A stretch of DNA of 64,000 nt from Octopus vulgaris (Eukaryota): positions 10,416,001 to 10,480,000 of the forward strand of contig OX597815.1 of the NCBI GenBank assembly GCA_951406725.2, written 5' to 3'. A program made the translations under genes and the position numbers. The notes beneath the pieces are model-generated. The model ran no database searches, was not told where the DNA came from, and saw only the letters and a list, made by a program, of their open reading frames with translations. Each line of letters begins with the position of its first letter. The first letter of the stretch is position 1. Of the stretch, positions 11,310-23,865 are shown in pieces.

Positions 11310-12700
11310 TTTTCTTTCTTTCTTTCATTCATTCCTACTCCCTCTTTCACTGTGTCTGTCTCTGTCTGTCTGTCTCTCTCTGTCTGTCTGTCTGTCTCTG
11401 TCTGTCTGTCTCCTCCCCTCCCCCCTCTCTCCCCGCTCCCCCCGCTTTCCCCCGCCCCCTCTCTCCCCCTCTTCCCTCTCTGTCTGTCTGTCTCCTCCCC
11501 TCTCTCCTCTCTCCCCCCGCTCCCCCCGCTTTCCCCCGCCCCTCTCTCCTCCCGCTTTCCCCCGCTCTCACCACGATCTCCCCCCCAGATCTCCCCCCGC
11601 TCCCCACCCGCTCCCCCACTCTCTCCCCCGCTCTCTCCCCCGCTCTCCCCCTCTCTCCCTCTCCCCCTCTCTCTCCCGCTCTCCCCCTCTCTCCGCTCTC
11701 CCCTTCTCTCTCCCGCTCTCCCCCTCTCTCTACCCGCTCTCTCCCGCTCTCCCCTCTTTCTCCACCCACTCTCCCCTCTTTCTCCACCCACTCTCCCCTC
11801 TTTCTCCTCTCTCCCTCGCTCTCTCTCTCGCTCTCTCTCTCCTTCTTTATCTCTCTCCCCTTCTCTATCTCTCTCCCCTCTATCTCTCTCCCCCTCTCTA
11901 TCTCTCTCCCCTCTCTATCTATCCCCTCTCTATCTCTATCCCCTCTCTATCTCTCCACCCACTCTGTCTCTCCCCCTCTCTGTCTCTCCCCCTCTCTGTC
12001 TCTCCCCCTCTCTGTCTCTCCCCTCTCTGTCTCTCCCCCTCTCTGTCTCTCTCCCCCTCTCTGTCTCTCTCCCCCTCTCTGTCTCTCTCCCCCTCTCTGT
12101 CTCTCTCCCCTCTCTGTCTCTCTCCCCCTCTCTGTCTCTCTCCCCCTCTCTGTCTCTCTCCCCCTCTCTGTCTCTCTCCCCCTCTCTGTCTCTCTCCCCC
12201 TCTCTGTCTCTCTCCCCCTCTCTGTCTCTCTCCCCCTCTCTGTCTCTATCGCCCTCTCTGTCTCTCTCGACCTCTCTGTCTCTCTCCCCTTCTCTGTCTC
12301 TCTCCCCCTCTCTGTCTCTCTCCCCCTCTCTGTCTCTCTCCCCCTCTCTCTCTCTCTCCTCCTCTCTCTCTGTCTCTCTCCCCCTCTCTGTCTCTCTTCC
12401 CCCTCTCTGTCTCTCTCCCCCTCTCTGTCTCTCTCCCCCTCTCTATCTCTATCGCCCTCTCTATCTCTCTCGACCTCTCTATCTCTCTCCCCTTCTCTAT
12501 CTCTCTCCCCTTCTCTATCTCTCTCCCCTTCTCTATCTCTCTCCCCTTCTCTATCTCTCTCCCCTTCTCTATCTCTCTCCCCTTCTCTATCTCTCTCCCC
12601 CACTCTATCTCTCACCCCCTCTCTATCTCTCTCCTCCTCTCTATCTCACCCCCGCTCTATCTCTCCCCCTCTCTATATCTCTCCCCTACTCAATCTCTCT
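10960..12700. repeat. About 1.7-kb polypyrimidine tract with CT-rich minisatellite units
   Basis: Almost only C/T on +; about 18-nt units such as ctctctgtctctctcccc and ctctatctctctcccctt. Confidence 0.95.
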
Positions 12701-12876
12701 CCCACGCGTACACATATATAATCTGTTCCATACATACAAGAAATATATTTTTCCATTTAAGCGACGCCAGTTCTCAATCCCCACAATCACAGGATTTGAT
12801 GTCGCGGATTGACATTTTTGTACACAAAGTACACGTACCCAATCGTTTCCCCCCCCTCTTTCAGTCAATCAATAAA

Positions 12877-12960
<84 letters not shown>

Positions 12961-13207
12961 GTATGTGCGTGTGCGTGTCTGTATATTTATACATGCACAC
13001 ACGCAAACATATATATACATGCAAAAATATATATCCTACATTCACACCCAATACATGGTTATATATATACAAACGTGTAAATGCAAAACATACAAACATT
13101 GATACACATGAATGCACACATTTGCGCACCCCGATCTTATTCACACAAGCAGGGTGGATTATAATTGATACATAAATAAAAGCTTTCACTCCCTCATCCA
13201 TCCATTG

Positions 13208-13261
<54 letters not shown>

Positions 13262-13692
13262 GCCGCTAGTTAGTTTTGTATGTATGTATGTATGTATGTA
13301 TGTATGTATGTATGTATGTATGTATGTATGTATGTATGTATGTATGTGTGTATGTGTGTATGTATGTATGTATGTATGTATGTATGTATGTATGTATGTA
13401 TGTATGTATGTACGTATGTATGTATGTATGTATGTATGTATGTATGTATGTGTGTATGTATGTATGTATGTATGTATGTGTGTATGTATGTATGTATGTA
13501 TGTATGTATGTATGTATGTATGTATGTATGTATGTATGTATGCATGTGTGTGTATGTATGTATGAATTTATGTATGTGTGTGTATGTATGTATGTATGTA
13601 TGTATGTATGTATGTATGTGTGTGTATGTATGTATGTATGTATGTATGTGTATGTATGTATGTATGTATGTATGTATGTATGTATGTATGTA
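13208..13692. repeat. (TCTA)n and (TATG)n microsatellites
   Basis: Direct repeats. Confidence 0.95.
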
Positions 13693-13848
13693 CATGTACA
13701 GAAGTCGCCCACGATACAGAAAGAAGGATTTCCTGATAATCTTGTCGTAACTTGAAATTCTGTAACACGAAATATCCATTGATTTATGAAGTGAAAATGT
13801 GTACCATGGGAATTTTTGTTTAGCAAAGCAGCAACAACAGTTGCAGCA

Positions 13849-14267
13849 GGAGGCGCAATGGCCCAGTGGTTAGGGCAGCGGACTCGCGGTCGGAGGATCG
13901 CGGTTTCGATTCCCAGACCGGGCGCTGTGTGTGTTTATTGAGCGAAAACACCTATAAGCTCCACGAGGCACCGGCAGGGCGTGGTGGCCACCCCTGTTGT
14001 ACTCTTTCGCTCCAACTTTCTTTCACTCTTTCTTCCTGTTTCTTGTCCCCGACTTCCTATGCAACCGCTGAACCTGGATGCGCATTCATCCATCCGTCGA
14101 TGCTCTCGCTGTCGGGGGGTTGACATGCTTTCTCTTCTGCGGGTCTTACGAATAGCAAAGGACTACGTTTCGGACTTCTTCTCCCACTACAGACAATCCT
14201 GAGGCGCGATCATGCGAGCTCTGAGACGAAGACCGCTACGCTCAACAAACAAACAAACAAACAAACA

Positions 14268-14268
<1 letters not shown>
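13849..14268 (+). mobile_element. SINE family A, tail type B
   Basis: Same tRNA head; tail ...gcgagctctgagacgaagaccgctacgctc(aaac)n; second copy at 53151. Confidence 0.9.
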
Positions 14269-14324
<56 letters not shown>

Positions 14325-14372
14325 AAAAATAATAATAATAATAATAAAAAAATAATAATAACAATAATAATA

Positions 14373-15168
14373 ACCATTGATCATGTTGTCTCCAAATGCA
14401 GTCTTCTCAATTGATCATGTTGTCTCCAAATGCAGTCTTCTCAATTGATCATGTTGTCTCCAAATGCAGTCTTCTAGCGCCTACAGAGTACCTCAACAGG
14501 CATGATAGAGCTGCATAATATATTCACTGGGTAATTTGCAAAAACCTGGATGTGCCCCATGAAAAAAAATGGTGGGAACACAATCCACCTCCTGTGCTTG
14601 AAAATGACCACATCTCACTCCTCTGGAACTTCACCATTCAAACTGACAGAAAGATAGATGCAAATAGGCCAGACATCATATTGAAAGACTTCAGACAAAG
14701 AACATGCCTCCTCATTGATATGACTGTCCCAATCGATATAAACGTATCTGTCAAGACCTACCAAAAACTGAGCAAATATAAAGATCTTGAAATAGAAATC
14801 AGCAAAATGTGGAACCTGAAGACTGAAACAATACATGTTGTCATAGGTGCCCTGGGAATGATAGCGAAAGGGGCTGATTGCTACCTAACTCAGATACCAG
14901 GAAACCCCAAAATGGCAGAAATTCAAAAGATAGTGCTCATGGGAACTGGTCATATCCTACGCAAAATACTCTCTATATAATCCCAAGGTTTAAAACAAAC
15001 TTTTTTTTAAAATTTATGTATTAGACATTCACTAGTACAACACCAAAAAGACCCCAAATATATGGCACACTAGGCATAACAACAACGTGAACTTCCAACC
15101 TGTTGTCTCTTGAGGTCTCTGGGTGAGACTTGGAGCCAACTTGTATAGACATAAAGCAAAAGTCAAAC

Positions 15169-15170
<2 letters not shown>
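14373..15170 (+). mobile_element. 5'-truncated R4/Dong-type LINE (RLE domain) in (TAA)n
   Basis: IDHVVSKC..EYLNRHD, WNFTIQTDRKIDANRPDII..LLIDMTVP..KLSKYKDL..VVIGALG = CCHC/RH plus PD-(D/E)xK RLE C-terminus; (TAA)n on both sides. Confidence 0.9.
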
Positions 15171-15240
<70 letters not shown>

Positions 15241-15245
15241 TAATC

Positions 15246-15601
<356 letters not shown>

Positions 15602-15653
15602 CATAATAAAATAATAATAATAATAATAATAAAATAATAATAATAAAAATAAA

Positions 15654-15718
<65 letters not shown>

Positions 15719-15719
15719 T

Positions 15720-17045
15720 AAATAATTGGCCACATTAGAACTTAAGTCAAAACCAGATGGCTTCATTATAGTAGCAGAGGATTTGTGTATGACTCACTAG
15801 AAACAACCAAGCAAGCATTCTTAAATATGGTGTAGACCCTGCCAGCCGCTTATGTGGCAGCCAAGGAAGCAATTGACCACATCGTTTCTGGTTATTCTAT
15901 GCAAGCTTGGAATGAATACATTATTCGCCATGATAGACTTAACCAGTATTTGCAGTAGCTCGTATGCTGTAAGTCCGAACTCCCATATGAGAAGAACTGG
16001 TAGAAACATACGTCTGCCAAAATAGTTGAAAATAAAGAGATCCCCGTTCTTTGAGATTTTAGTAGCCAAAGCGCTCGTATTATACATGCTAATAAACCAC
16101 ATCTCTTTTTTCTCTTTGCGCCCTTTTAAAGCCTAGCCAGGCTCATGAGCCCGGTTTCCCGGTTTCAATGGCGTATGTGTTCCCCAGCTGGACTGGCAGC
16201 CAGTCCATCGCAGCGTTACTCATTTTTGCCAGCTGAGTGGACAGGAGCAACGTGAAACGAAGTGTTTTGTTCAAGAACACAACGCGTCGCATGGTCCAGG
16301 AATCGAAACCACAATCTTACGATCATGATGCTGACACCTTAACCACTAAGCCACGCGCCTCCACAATAAACCACACACTGTGGTAAAAAAAAAATCACGT
16401 TGGCAGAAAATATATCTGTTCACAAATATGTCAAACCAACAGACGGTAGCATTTTGTAAAAACAAATAAATATTAGTAGTTATCTGTCTGACTAGCAGGA
16501 TGAAGCGGCTGACCTCCCCTGTTCGAAGGTTTATAATGGACGCAGGTTGTGTGTCAAATAGCTAGCTAGAGGCGGTGGCCTCTTGGAGCTAATCAGCGAC
16601 AGCTTTAGTCTTATATTTATAAGACTGCCATATTAGTATGGCGATAACTATTAATTTCCAGTAACGCTGCCGTAATCTCCTTTAAAGAGACTTAGTAATT
16701 TTAATATTTCTATTAAACAAATATTAGGACCCTGAAATAGAGATTTCAAACATGTGGAGCTCTTAAATACTATGGCTAAATACCAGGAAACCCCAAGGTA
16801 TCGCAACTACAAGAAATTGTTCTCATGGGTATTGCCCACATCTTGAGGAAGATATTGTCTGGTTGAAAATAAACAATTATCTTAAAATAATTTCAAAATT
16901 GAAATATTACCAATTTAACAGATTGTCATTTCCCATATTCTTGTCTTCTTCCTGTACAATATATCATTCCTGTTCTTAAAGAACTAAATCAAACCCATAA
17001 AACGAATAGAATTCTGTTACTTGAGGCCCCTGAGCCTCAAGTACT
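15720..17045 (+). mobile_element. Degenerate R4/Dong-type LINE 3' fragment, interrupted by a SINE
   Basis: Remnants LKS..GFII.A.D, RLCG..EAIDHIVSG..EYIIRHD, and later EIEISNMW, IVLMGIAHILRKILS. Confidence 0.75.
16102..16364 (-). mobile_element. tRNA + CORE-like + V-domain-like SINE
   Basis: Head ggaggcgcgtggcttagtggtta..ggtttcgattcc, tgtgttcttgaacaaaacac CORE-like block, ctgcgatggactggc block; TSD aataaaccaca 16091-16101 / 16365-16375. Confidence 0.85.
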
Positions 17046-17100
17046 GGCTCATATGAAACAAAACAACAATAACGTAAACAACAGCAATAATAATAATAAT

Positions 17101-17314
17101 ACTCTCTCTTTTACTCTTTTACTTGTTTCAGTCATTTGACTGCGGCCATGCTGGGGCACCGCCTTTTTTCGAGCAAATCGACCCCGGGACTTATTCTTTG
17201 TAAGCCCAGTACTTATTCTATCGGTCTCTTTTGCCGAACCGCTAAGTGACGGGGACGTAAATACACCAGCATCGGTTGTCAAGCAATGCTAGGGGGACAA
17301 ACACAGACACACAA

Positions 17315-17349
<35 letters not shown>

Positions 17350-17516
17350 CATACGACAGGCTTCTTTCAGTTTCCGTCTACCAAATCCACTCACAAGGCT
17401 TTGGTCGGCCCGAGGCTATAGTAGAAGACATTTGCCTAAGATGCCACGCAGTGGGACTGAACCCGGAACCATGTAGTTCATAAGCAAGCTACTTACGACA
17501 CAGCCACTCCTACGCC
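17101..17516 (-). mobile_element. SINE family C, full length
   Basis: Head, internal (TA)/(TG) tract, tail catggccgcagtcaaatgactgaaacaagt(aaaagag)n. Confidence 0.92.
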
Positions 17517-17556
<40 letters not shown>

Positions 17557-17667
17557 GTTTGAGGGGAGAGAAGTCAGTAAATCGACTCTATTACTTGACT
17601 AGAACTTTATTTTATCGACCTCGGGAGAACAAGAGGCAAAGTTCACTCACACTCACACACACATACG

Positions 17668-17935
17668 TGGAGGCACATTGCCTAGTGGTTAGAGCAGCGG
17701 ACTCGCGGTCGAGGGATCGCGGGTTCGAATCTCAGACCGGGCGATGTGTGTGTTTATGAGCGAAACACCTAAGCTCCACGCGGCTCCGGCAAAAAGGTAA
17801 TGGCGAACTTCTGCTGACTCTTTCGCCACAACTTTCTCTCACTCTTTCCTCCCGCATCTTGCAGCTCACCTGCGACGGACCGGCGTCCCTGTCCAGGTGG
17901 GGGAACCTATATGCCAAGGAAACCGGGGAAGAGCA
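17668..17935 (+). mobile_element. SINE family A, tail type C
   Basis: Matches the 1875-2188 copy. Confidence 0.88.
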
Positions 17936-18354
17936 AACTAAAGACGCACACACACACACACAGACTTATCCCTCAGTAGACACATGCGCAGATTCCTGTC
18001 AGTAAGCATACCAATGAAAATATTCAGTCAGGTGTTAGCAGTTATCGATAGTCACATACATACGCATATGCACAATATCTGTATTCACTTAAAAAAAAAA
18101 ACAAAAAAAAGAAGAAGAAAGAAACCTGGTTAAGCATACATTAGCAATTCGGCAATTACCGATCAGTATAAGCTATCGGAGTAAATAGATGCTCGGATCG
18201 ATGTGATTGAGAGAAAAAAACTTTGAAGGTGATGCCTGAGCTTGGTAGCAGTCAAATCTGACTAGGACAAAAAAAAAATCGATAAAAGATAAAAGGCACC
18301 CACGCGCACAACCACGCACAACCACGCACACGCGCGTGCACACGCATTCAAGCA

Positions 18355-18363
18355 TATATATAC

Positions 18364-18429
<66 letters not shown>

Positions 18430-19000
18430 GTATGTGTATGTGTATATGTATGTGTGTATATGTATGTGTCTATGTATGTGTGTATATGTGTATATGAGTA
18501 TACGTATATGTGTATATGTATGTATGTATGCATATGTATGTATACATATGTATGTATGTATATGTATATGTATGTATGTATGTATATGTATATATGTATA
18601 TGTATGTATATTTATGTATGTATGTATATGTGTATATGTATATATGTGTGTATATGTATATATGTGTATATATGTATATATATGTATATATGTATATAAT
18701 ATATTTGTATATGTATATGTATATGTATGCATATGTATGTATGTATATGTATGTATGTATATGTATGTATGTATATGTATGTATGTATATGTATGTATGT
18801 ATATGTATGTATATGTATGTATGTATGTACATGTATATATGTGTGTATATGTATATATGTGTGTATATGTATATATGTGTGTATATGTATATATATGTAT
18901 ATATGTATATATATGTATATATATGTATATATGTATATAATATATTTGTATATGTATATATGTATATGTATATGTATGTATATGTATATGTATATATATC
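18355..19000. repeat. Compound (TG)/(TATG)/(TATATG) microsatellite
   Basis: Direct repeats. Confidence 0.93.
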
Positions 19001-19009
19001 CATATGTGA

Positions 19010-19187
19010 TATTGCTGTGGACTCGCCCTAGGCAAGAAGTTAAACATTTTTTTTGCTCATGACACTACATGGACCCTAAGTAAGACACGTGTAAAACGCG
19101 AATGAAATTGGTTGTGTAGTTCTCAAGTTTTAGGGATTCAGACAGACACACTTTCTCAGTTTTATATATATATATTATATATAGAGA
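19010..19187 (-). mobile_element. Helitron-like 5' end fragment
   Basis: Minus strand begins TCTCTATATA...ATAAAACT..gtgtctgtc, like the Helitron 5' termini at 4180 and 41383. Confidence 0.6.
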
Positions 19188-19461
19188 CTAGCAGTATCGC
19201 CCGGCGTTGCAGTTTGTTTAGACCCTTTAGAATTGGAACTTTTGAAAAGTAAAATTTTGACAGTATGTAGCTTGTTATTCTCTTTAAGTGATATACACCG
19301 AAAAATGGCGACACAGCAGTCAGTCAAAACATCGTAAAACATAGGGATTTTCATAGAAAAAAGGCACCTTTTTGATGTAAATAATTTTTGGTGTTAATAT
19401 GGTCCGATTTGAATTATTTCTTCTACGGAAGGAAGAGTTAGCCTTCTTCTATCATACTCTC
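19188..19461 (-). mobile_element. Non-autonomous Helitron, 3' portion
   Basis: ctagcagtatcgcccggcgttgc is the reverse complement of the 3' end; body similar to 59558-59932. Confidence 0.85.
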
Positions 19462-19523
19462 ATATAAGATCTCAGAATTTTAATTGATTTGCTTTTCTCG
19501 GGAAGGAATTTTTTCATTCGAAG

Positions 19524-19588
19524 TATACGTCTCGCTTTTATCCTTCGAAACGTTTAGTAGATGAAACTTTAGCGACTGAAGAAGGGGA
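19524..19588 (+). ncRNA. Candidate non-circularly permuted hammerhead ribozyme
   Basis: tatacg-TC(19530-31)-tcgct...cttc-GAAA(19547-50)-cgttta...agcga-CTGAAGA(19576-82)-Agggg. Confidence 0.65.
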
Positions 19589-20358
19589 TTTTTCGTTGTG
19601 CTTATTGTCCTGTATCTCCTTTTTTTGCTTGTCTTGTTCCTTGGTTTGTGTCTATGTTTTTCGTCTCTCTATGTGTTCGACGTCCTTTTGGTGTCCTGTA
19701 CACATATATGCGTGTATATGTACATGTAGAGGTAGGTACGTACATACATGTTTATATATATGCATATATTTTATTAACATATTATACGACTAAACGCACG
19801 CACCCTATTAAGTAAGATTGTTCTGTTTATCAAGTTCGCCTTGATATTAACTCTCACGCGACTCTGCCTCTTTCTTTCTTTCTCTCCCATTCCCTTTTTC
19901 GTCCTTTTTCCCTCACTTAACTTGTCTCTTCCTCTCTCTTTCCCCCTCACTGTTCTTCATGGTCTCCTCGCACCATTCCCCTTCTTCTCTCTCTTCCTCT
20001 TGCTCCTCCTCCCCCATTCCCGTCGTCCATCTGCGACGTACTTCCGTCGTAACTGCTATCCCGTCTTTCCTCACCTGCCTTCTAAGGCCACTGGTCGACA
20101 TCTTCCTCTCTCGTCGTCCACTATAATCCAGCGTTTGCAATACTTTTTTCGTCTGGCGTTAACAGCCCTTCTTATCTTGTTCTCCTTGTCCTGTCTCTCA
20201 CTGTTATATATTTATTTTTCCACTGTTTATATATATATTTTTTACTGTTTATATGTTTGTACTGTCGTTACCGTCTTGCCTTTTTTTTACCCCTCCGCGA
20301 CAAGATCTCAGAATTTTAATTGATTTGCTTTTCTCGGGAAGGAATTTTTCATTCGAAG

Positions 20359-20423
20359 TATACGTCTCGCTTTTATCCTTCGAAACGTTTAGTAGATGAA
20401 ACTTTAGCGACTGAAGAAGGGGA
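20359..20423 (+). ncRNA. Candidate non-circularly permuted hammerhead ribozyme (second pLTR copy)
   Basis: Identical motif: TC 20365-66, GAAA 20382-85, CTGAAGA 20411-17. Confidence 0.65.
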
Positions 20424-20610
20424 TTTTTCGTTGTGCTTATTGTCCTGTATCTCCTTTTTTTGCTTGTCTTGTTCCTTGGTTTGTGTCTATGTTTTTCGTC
20501 TCTCTATGTGTTCGACGTCCTTTTGGTGTCCTGTACACATATATGCGTGTATATGTACATGTAGAGGTAGGTACGTACATACATGTTTATATATATGCAT
20601 ATATTTTATT

Positions 20611-20647
<37 letters not shown>

Positions 20648-20679
20648 GTGCATATATATATATGATGATATATATATAT

Positions 20680-21034
20680 AAATATCAATACGAAAAACCC
20701 CTCCAGGCTACATCCTGAAAATTCATTTCTTTGCCGAATTTCTACAATGTTTACAGCGATTCATTTTTATATCGTGATTTTTTTAGTTTTCATGCAATTT
20801 ACGCATGCTTGCATGCGTGGTGAACACAGTTCACGTCAAACAGCTGACTGAGTAAAGTTCACTATTCAATGCATGGGATAAGTTTTGCACTTGCGAGATG
20901 AATTTCGGAACAGAAATAGCGCAGTTCAATTTTCATTCGCCTAAACTTTAAGTGACCCATTTTTGGTGGTTCTACAATTTGTTGGCTAGGAGGAGATGTG
21001 CCCGGGAAGTTAAACACACAGACACACAAGTTGA

Positions 21035-21045
<11 letters not shown>
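20680..21045 (-). mobile_element. Possible Helitron-like fragment in (TA)n
   Basis: Minus strand starts tatataaaactcaacttgtgtgtctgt, like the Helitron 5' ends; no 3' CTAG seen. Confidence 0.45.
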
Positions 21046-21063
<18 letters not shown>

Positions 21064-21071
<8 letters not shown>

Positions 21072-21543
21072 TGGTTGTCTACTTATACAGAGTTTGACCA
21101 CCTCCTGTACCTACACCTTAGCACCATCATGGCGTTTGATGTGGCTTTTAAAACCAGACAATATTCCGAAAGGACACCCACATAGATTGCATCTCTGATT
21201 TGGATCACCAAGACCTGCTCATAAGTTCTACTCATTGTGTATCTTAACATTGTTTTTGAGACCTCCGTTGGATTTGCAAACCTTCTGGCATACACTGCAT
21301 TCAAAGGTGTGCACAGACATATAGGCAGAATGATTGGTGGACGTTCGTTTTCCATGCGTTCGCAGAGGAGATGTGAGGCCAGCCAATGACAGGCATAGTC
21401 TGTCACAGACTGGGCACACAAAAAGGTCATTGTCATTCACCTTCTCGGTCGTTACATTCTTCCTTAGATTTATTTTGAGTCTAACTTGCGTTATCCTGGC
21501 ATCTTCAAATGATTTCACTCAACTTCACACTTTTGTCCGCCAT

Positions 21544-21545
<2 letters not shown>
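21064..21545 (-). mobile_element. RTE-type LINE 3' end with C2H2-like fingers
   Basis: FEDARI..FVCPVCDRLCLSLAGLTSPLRTH..FECSVCQKVCKSNGGLKNNVKIH, typical of RTE ORF C-termini; inserted in (TA)n. Confidence 0.75.
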
Positions 21546-21591
<46 letters not shown>

Positions 21592-21593
<2 letters not shown>

Positions 21594-21996
21594 TTTATCT
21601 GTTATCTTTTATCTTTTACTCGTTTCAGTCATTTGACTACGGCCATGCTGGAGCACCGCCTTTAGTCGAGCAAATCGACCCCGGGACTTATTCTTTGTAA
21701 GCCCAGTACTTATTCTATCGCTCTCTTTTTGCCGAACCGCTAAGTGATGGGGACGTAAACACACCAGCATTGGTTGTCAAGCAATGCTAGGGGGACAAAC
21801 ACAGACACACAAACACACTTGTATATATATATATACGACAGGCTTCTTTCAGTTTCCGTCTACCAAATCCATTCACAAGGCATTGGTCGGGCCGGGGCTA
21901 TAGCAGAAGACACTTGCCCAAGATGCCACGCAGTGGGACTGAACCCGGAGCCATGTGGTTGGTTAGCAAGCTACTTACCACACAGCCACTCCTGCG

Positions 21997-21998
<2 letters not shown>
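21592..21998 (-). mobile_element. SINE family C, full length
   Basis: Matches the family consensus. Confidence 0.92.
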
Positions 21999-22078
<80 letters not shown>

Positions 22079-22588
22079 CATGTGTGTGTGTAAATATAAA
22101 TCTGTATAATAATTGAATTTATGCATTGGAAGCAGCACTGGGATAAAATTTCTATCAATACAACATACATAATGTGTGGGTGAATCTGAAATACCGCAAA
22201 GTGCTATTTTCGTCCGCGAAAAATCCATGGCGAAACGAAATCATCACAGAAGTGACCACTCGTGCGGCAAGTACGCATTTCACCGTTGTTGCAGTTTCTC
22301 AATGTTACGTACTCATGTTACACATGTTACTTCCGAAACTGGCTGATTCGATACTCAGCAATTTAATCAACGCTGCCTGTATATAGACTGCAGCCCATCG
22401 TAAGTCAGTTGTAATCCAACACCATCAAATTTATTTACTTCCAAGTACAACTGCTGCCGTTGAATGACGACGACTTGCGCCAGCATCCATCCCATCCTAC
22501 CGTGTGCCGAACCCAATACAAAGTAACTGATGTCGCTGTCTACACTATATCGCAGCCTGCTGTCAAAGTGATGCCAGAATACTGCCAA

Positions 22589-22995
22589 GGCGGCGTGTTG
22601 GCAGACACGTTAGCACACCGGGCGAAATGCTTAGCGGTATTTCGTCTACCGTTACGTTCTGAGTTCAAATTCCGCCGAGGTCGACTTTGCCTTTCATCCT
22701 TTCGGGGTCGATTAAATAAGTACCAGTTACGCACTGGGGTCGATATAATCGACTTAATCCGTTTGTCTGTCCTTGTTTGTCCTCTCTGTGTTTAGCCCCT
22801 TGTGGGTAGTAAAGAAATAGGTATTTCGTCTGCTGCTACGTTCTCAGTTCAAATTCCGCCGAGGTCGACTTTGCCTTTCATCCTTTCGGGGTCGATATAT
22901 TAAGTACCAGTTACGCACTGGGGTCGACTTATTCCTTTTGTTTGTCCTTGTTTGTCCCCTCTGTGTGTAGCCCCTTGTGGGCAATAAAGAAATAA
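22589..22995 (+). mobile_element. SINE family M, tandem dimer
   Basis: Full copy followed by a 5'-truncated second copy from about 22820. Confidence 0.9.
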
Positions 22996-23035
22996 GAAAG
23001 CTGCCAGCATCATGCACAAGCATGAGGGCCTAAAC

Positions 23036-23520
23036 CAGTGGAACCCAACATTTTGTGATCGCGTACCACTTGGAGGTTTCGTACAGCCATCGCCTACCAC
23101 TACCTAGTTCCGGCAAAAGCTCAATTCGATCAGATATCAATTTGATCACAAGTAGAAAACACAAATGAACTAAAAACACAGAACACAACTCAGTTTAATG
23201 CGAGGGCTGAATCTGTTTCTTCTCCACCAGCTAGTCAATGCAGGGCTTAACCTTGCTCACAGCGCATCGGAAATCATGGCCGTGCGCAAGCAAGACAGTT
23301 CCGGCTCTTCGACTTGGTGGCCAGTAAGGCTGAGAACCCCTGCTCACACTCACACGTAGAGGGGAAAATCAGTAGCTGGTGAACATCGTGACAATTAGAC
23401 ACGTTCCAGCTTATCATATATTAGAAGATGTAAGATGGCTCCTTCAGTTTAGGACTCTCTAGTTCAGCTTAGGTCTGTAGTATCAATAATCTGAAAGAAA
23501 CGCCAGCTATTTTCCTTATG
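23036..23520 (-). mobile_element. hAT (Buster/Charlie-type) transposon 3' fragment
   Basis: Minus strand LLIFPSTCECEQGFSALLATKSKSRNCL..HDFRCAVSKVKPCID*LVEKKQIQPSH* (about 23195-23380); terminus cagtggaacccaac at 23036 preceded by gcctaaac (central TA). Confidence 0.8.
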
Positions 23521-23527
23521 TTCAGGC

Positions 23528-23650
23528 CAGTGGTTTCCAACCTGTGGTACGCGAGCACTTTCGGGGTAATATGCGATTTTTAGTTTTTTGCCGTTTCTAA
23601 TATTCGGCCACCATGCGTTTAATGCTTTCCAAATCAATCAACCTGTAATC
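23528..23650 (+). mobile_element. Possible second hAT terminus
   Basis: cagtggtttccaacctgtggtacgcg resembles a Charlie-type TIR. Confidence 0.45.
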
Positions 23651-23654
23651 AGTA

Positions 23655-23865
23655 CTTAGTTAGTTAGTTAATTTTTGGGTCAAAAGCAAATAGCAAGGCC
23701 ATGTAGGGGGACATGGAGTTAAGTACAGGGTGGTGTTCATGTAAAGAGTTCAGGCCACTTGAGGTCAAGGGAGGCTTTGAACAAAGCGGTCGTCGGCATC
23801 TTCACCATCTCGTCTGGCAGCTTGTTCCACGGATCCGCAACCCGGATGGAGAAAGCTCCTCTCCT
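23655..23865 (-). mobile_element. CR1-type LINE 3' end
   Basis: RGAFSIRVADPWNKLPDEMVKMPTTALFKASLDLKWPELFT*; (taac)n tail. Confidence 0.85.

Larger units (their letters stand above)
19466..20617 (+). mobile_element. PLE-like 3' end with direct pLTRs (19466-19782 and 20302-20617)
   Basis: About 317-bp near-identical direct repeats flank about 520 bp whose start resembles a GIY-YIG ORF end (LFIKFALILN-like); ends in (TA)n. Confidence 0.72.

Noticed and set aside
10885-13080. 731-aa ORF and overlapping long ORFs
   Set aside because: Stop-free only because the tract is C/T-only simple repeat; no domain content.
14376-14475. 34-bp repeats as a CRISPR array
   Set aside because: No spacers; tandem duplication of LINE coding sequence in a eukaryotic context.
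16478-16690. Short insert with tagttatc/gataacta inverted ends (solo LTR or MITE?)
   Set aside because: The 8-bp inverted match could be chance; no TSD or second copy seen.
22170-22588. Possible Gypsy gag relic
   Set aside because: Only vague resemblance; no LTR, PBS or clear motif.
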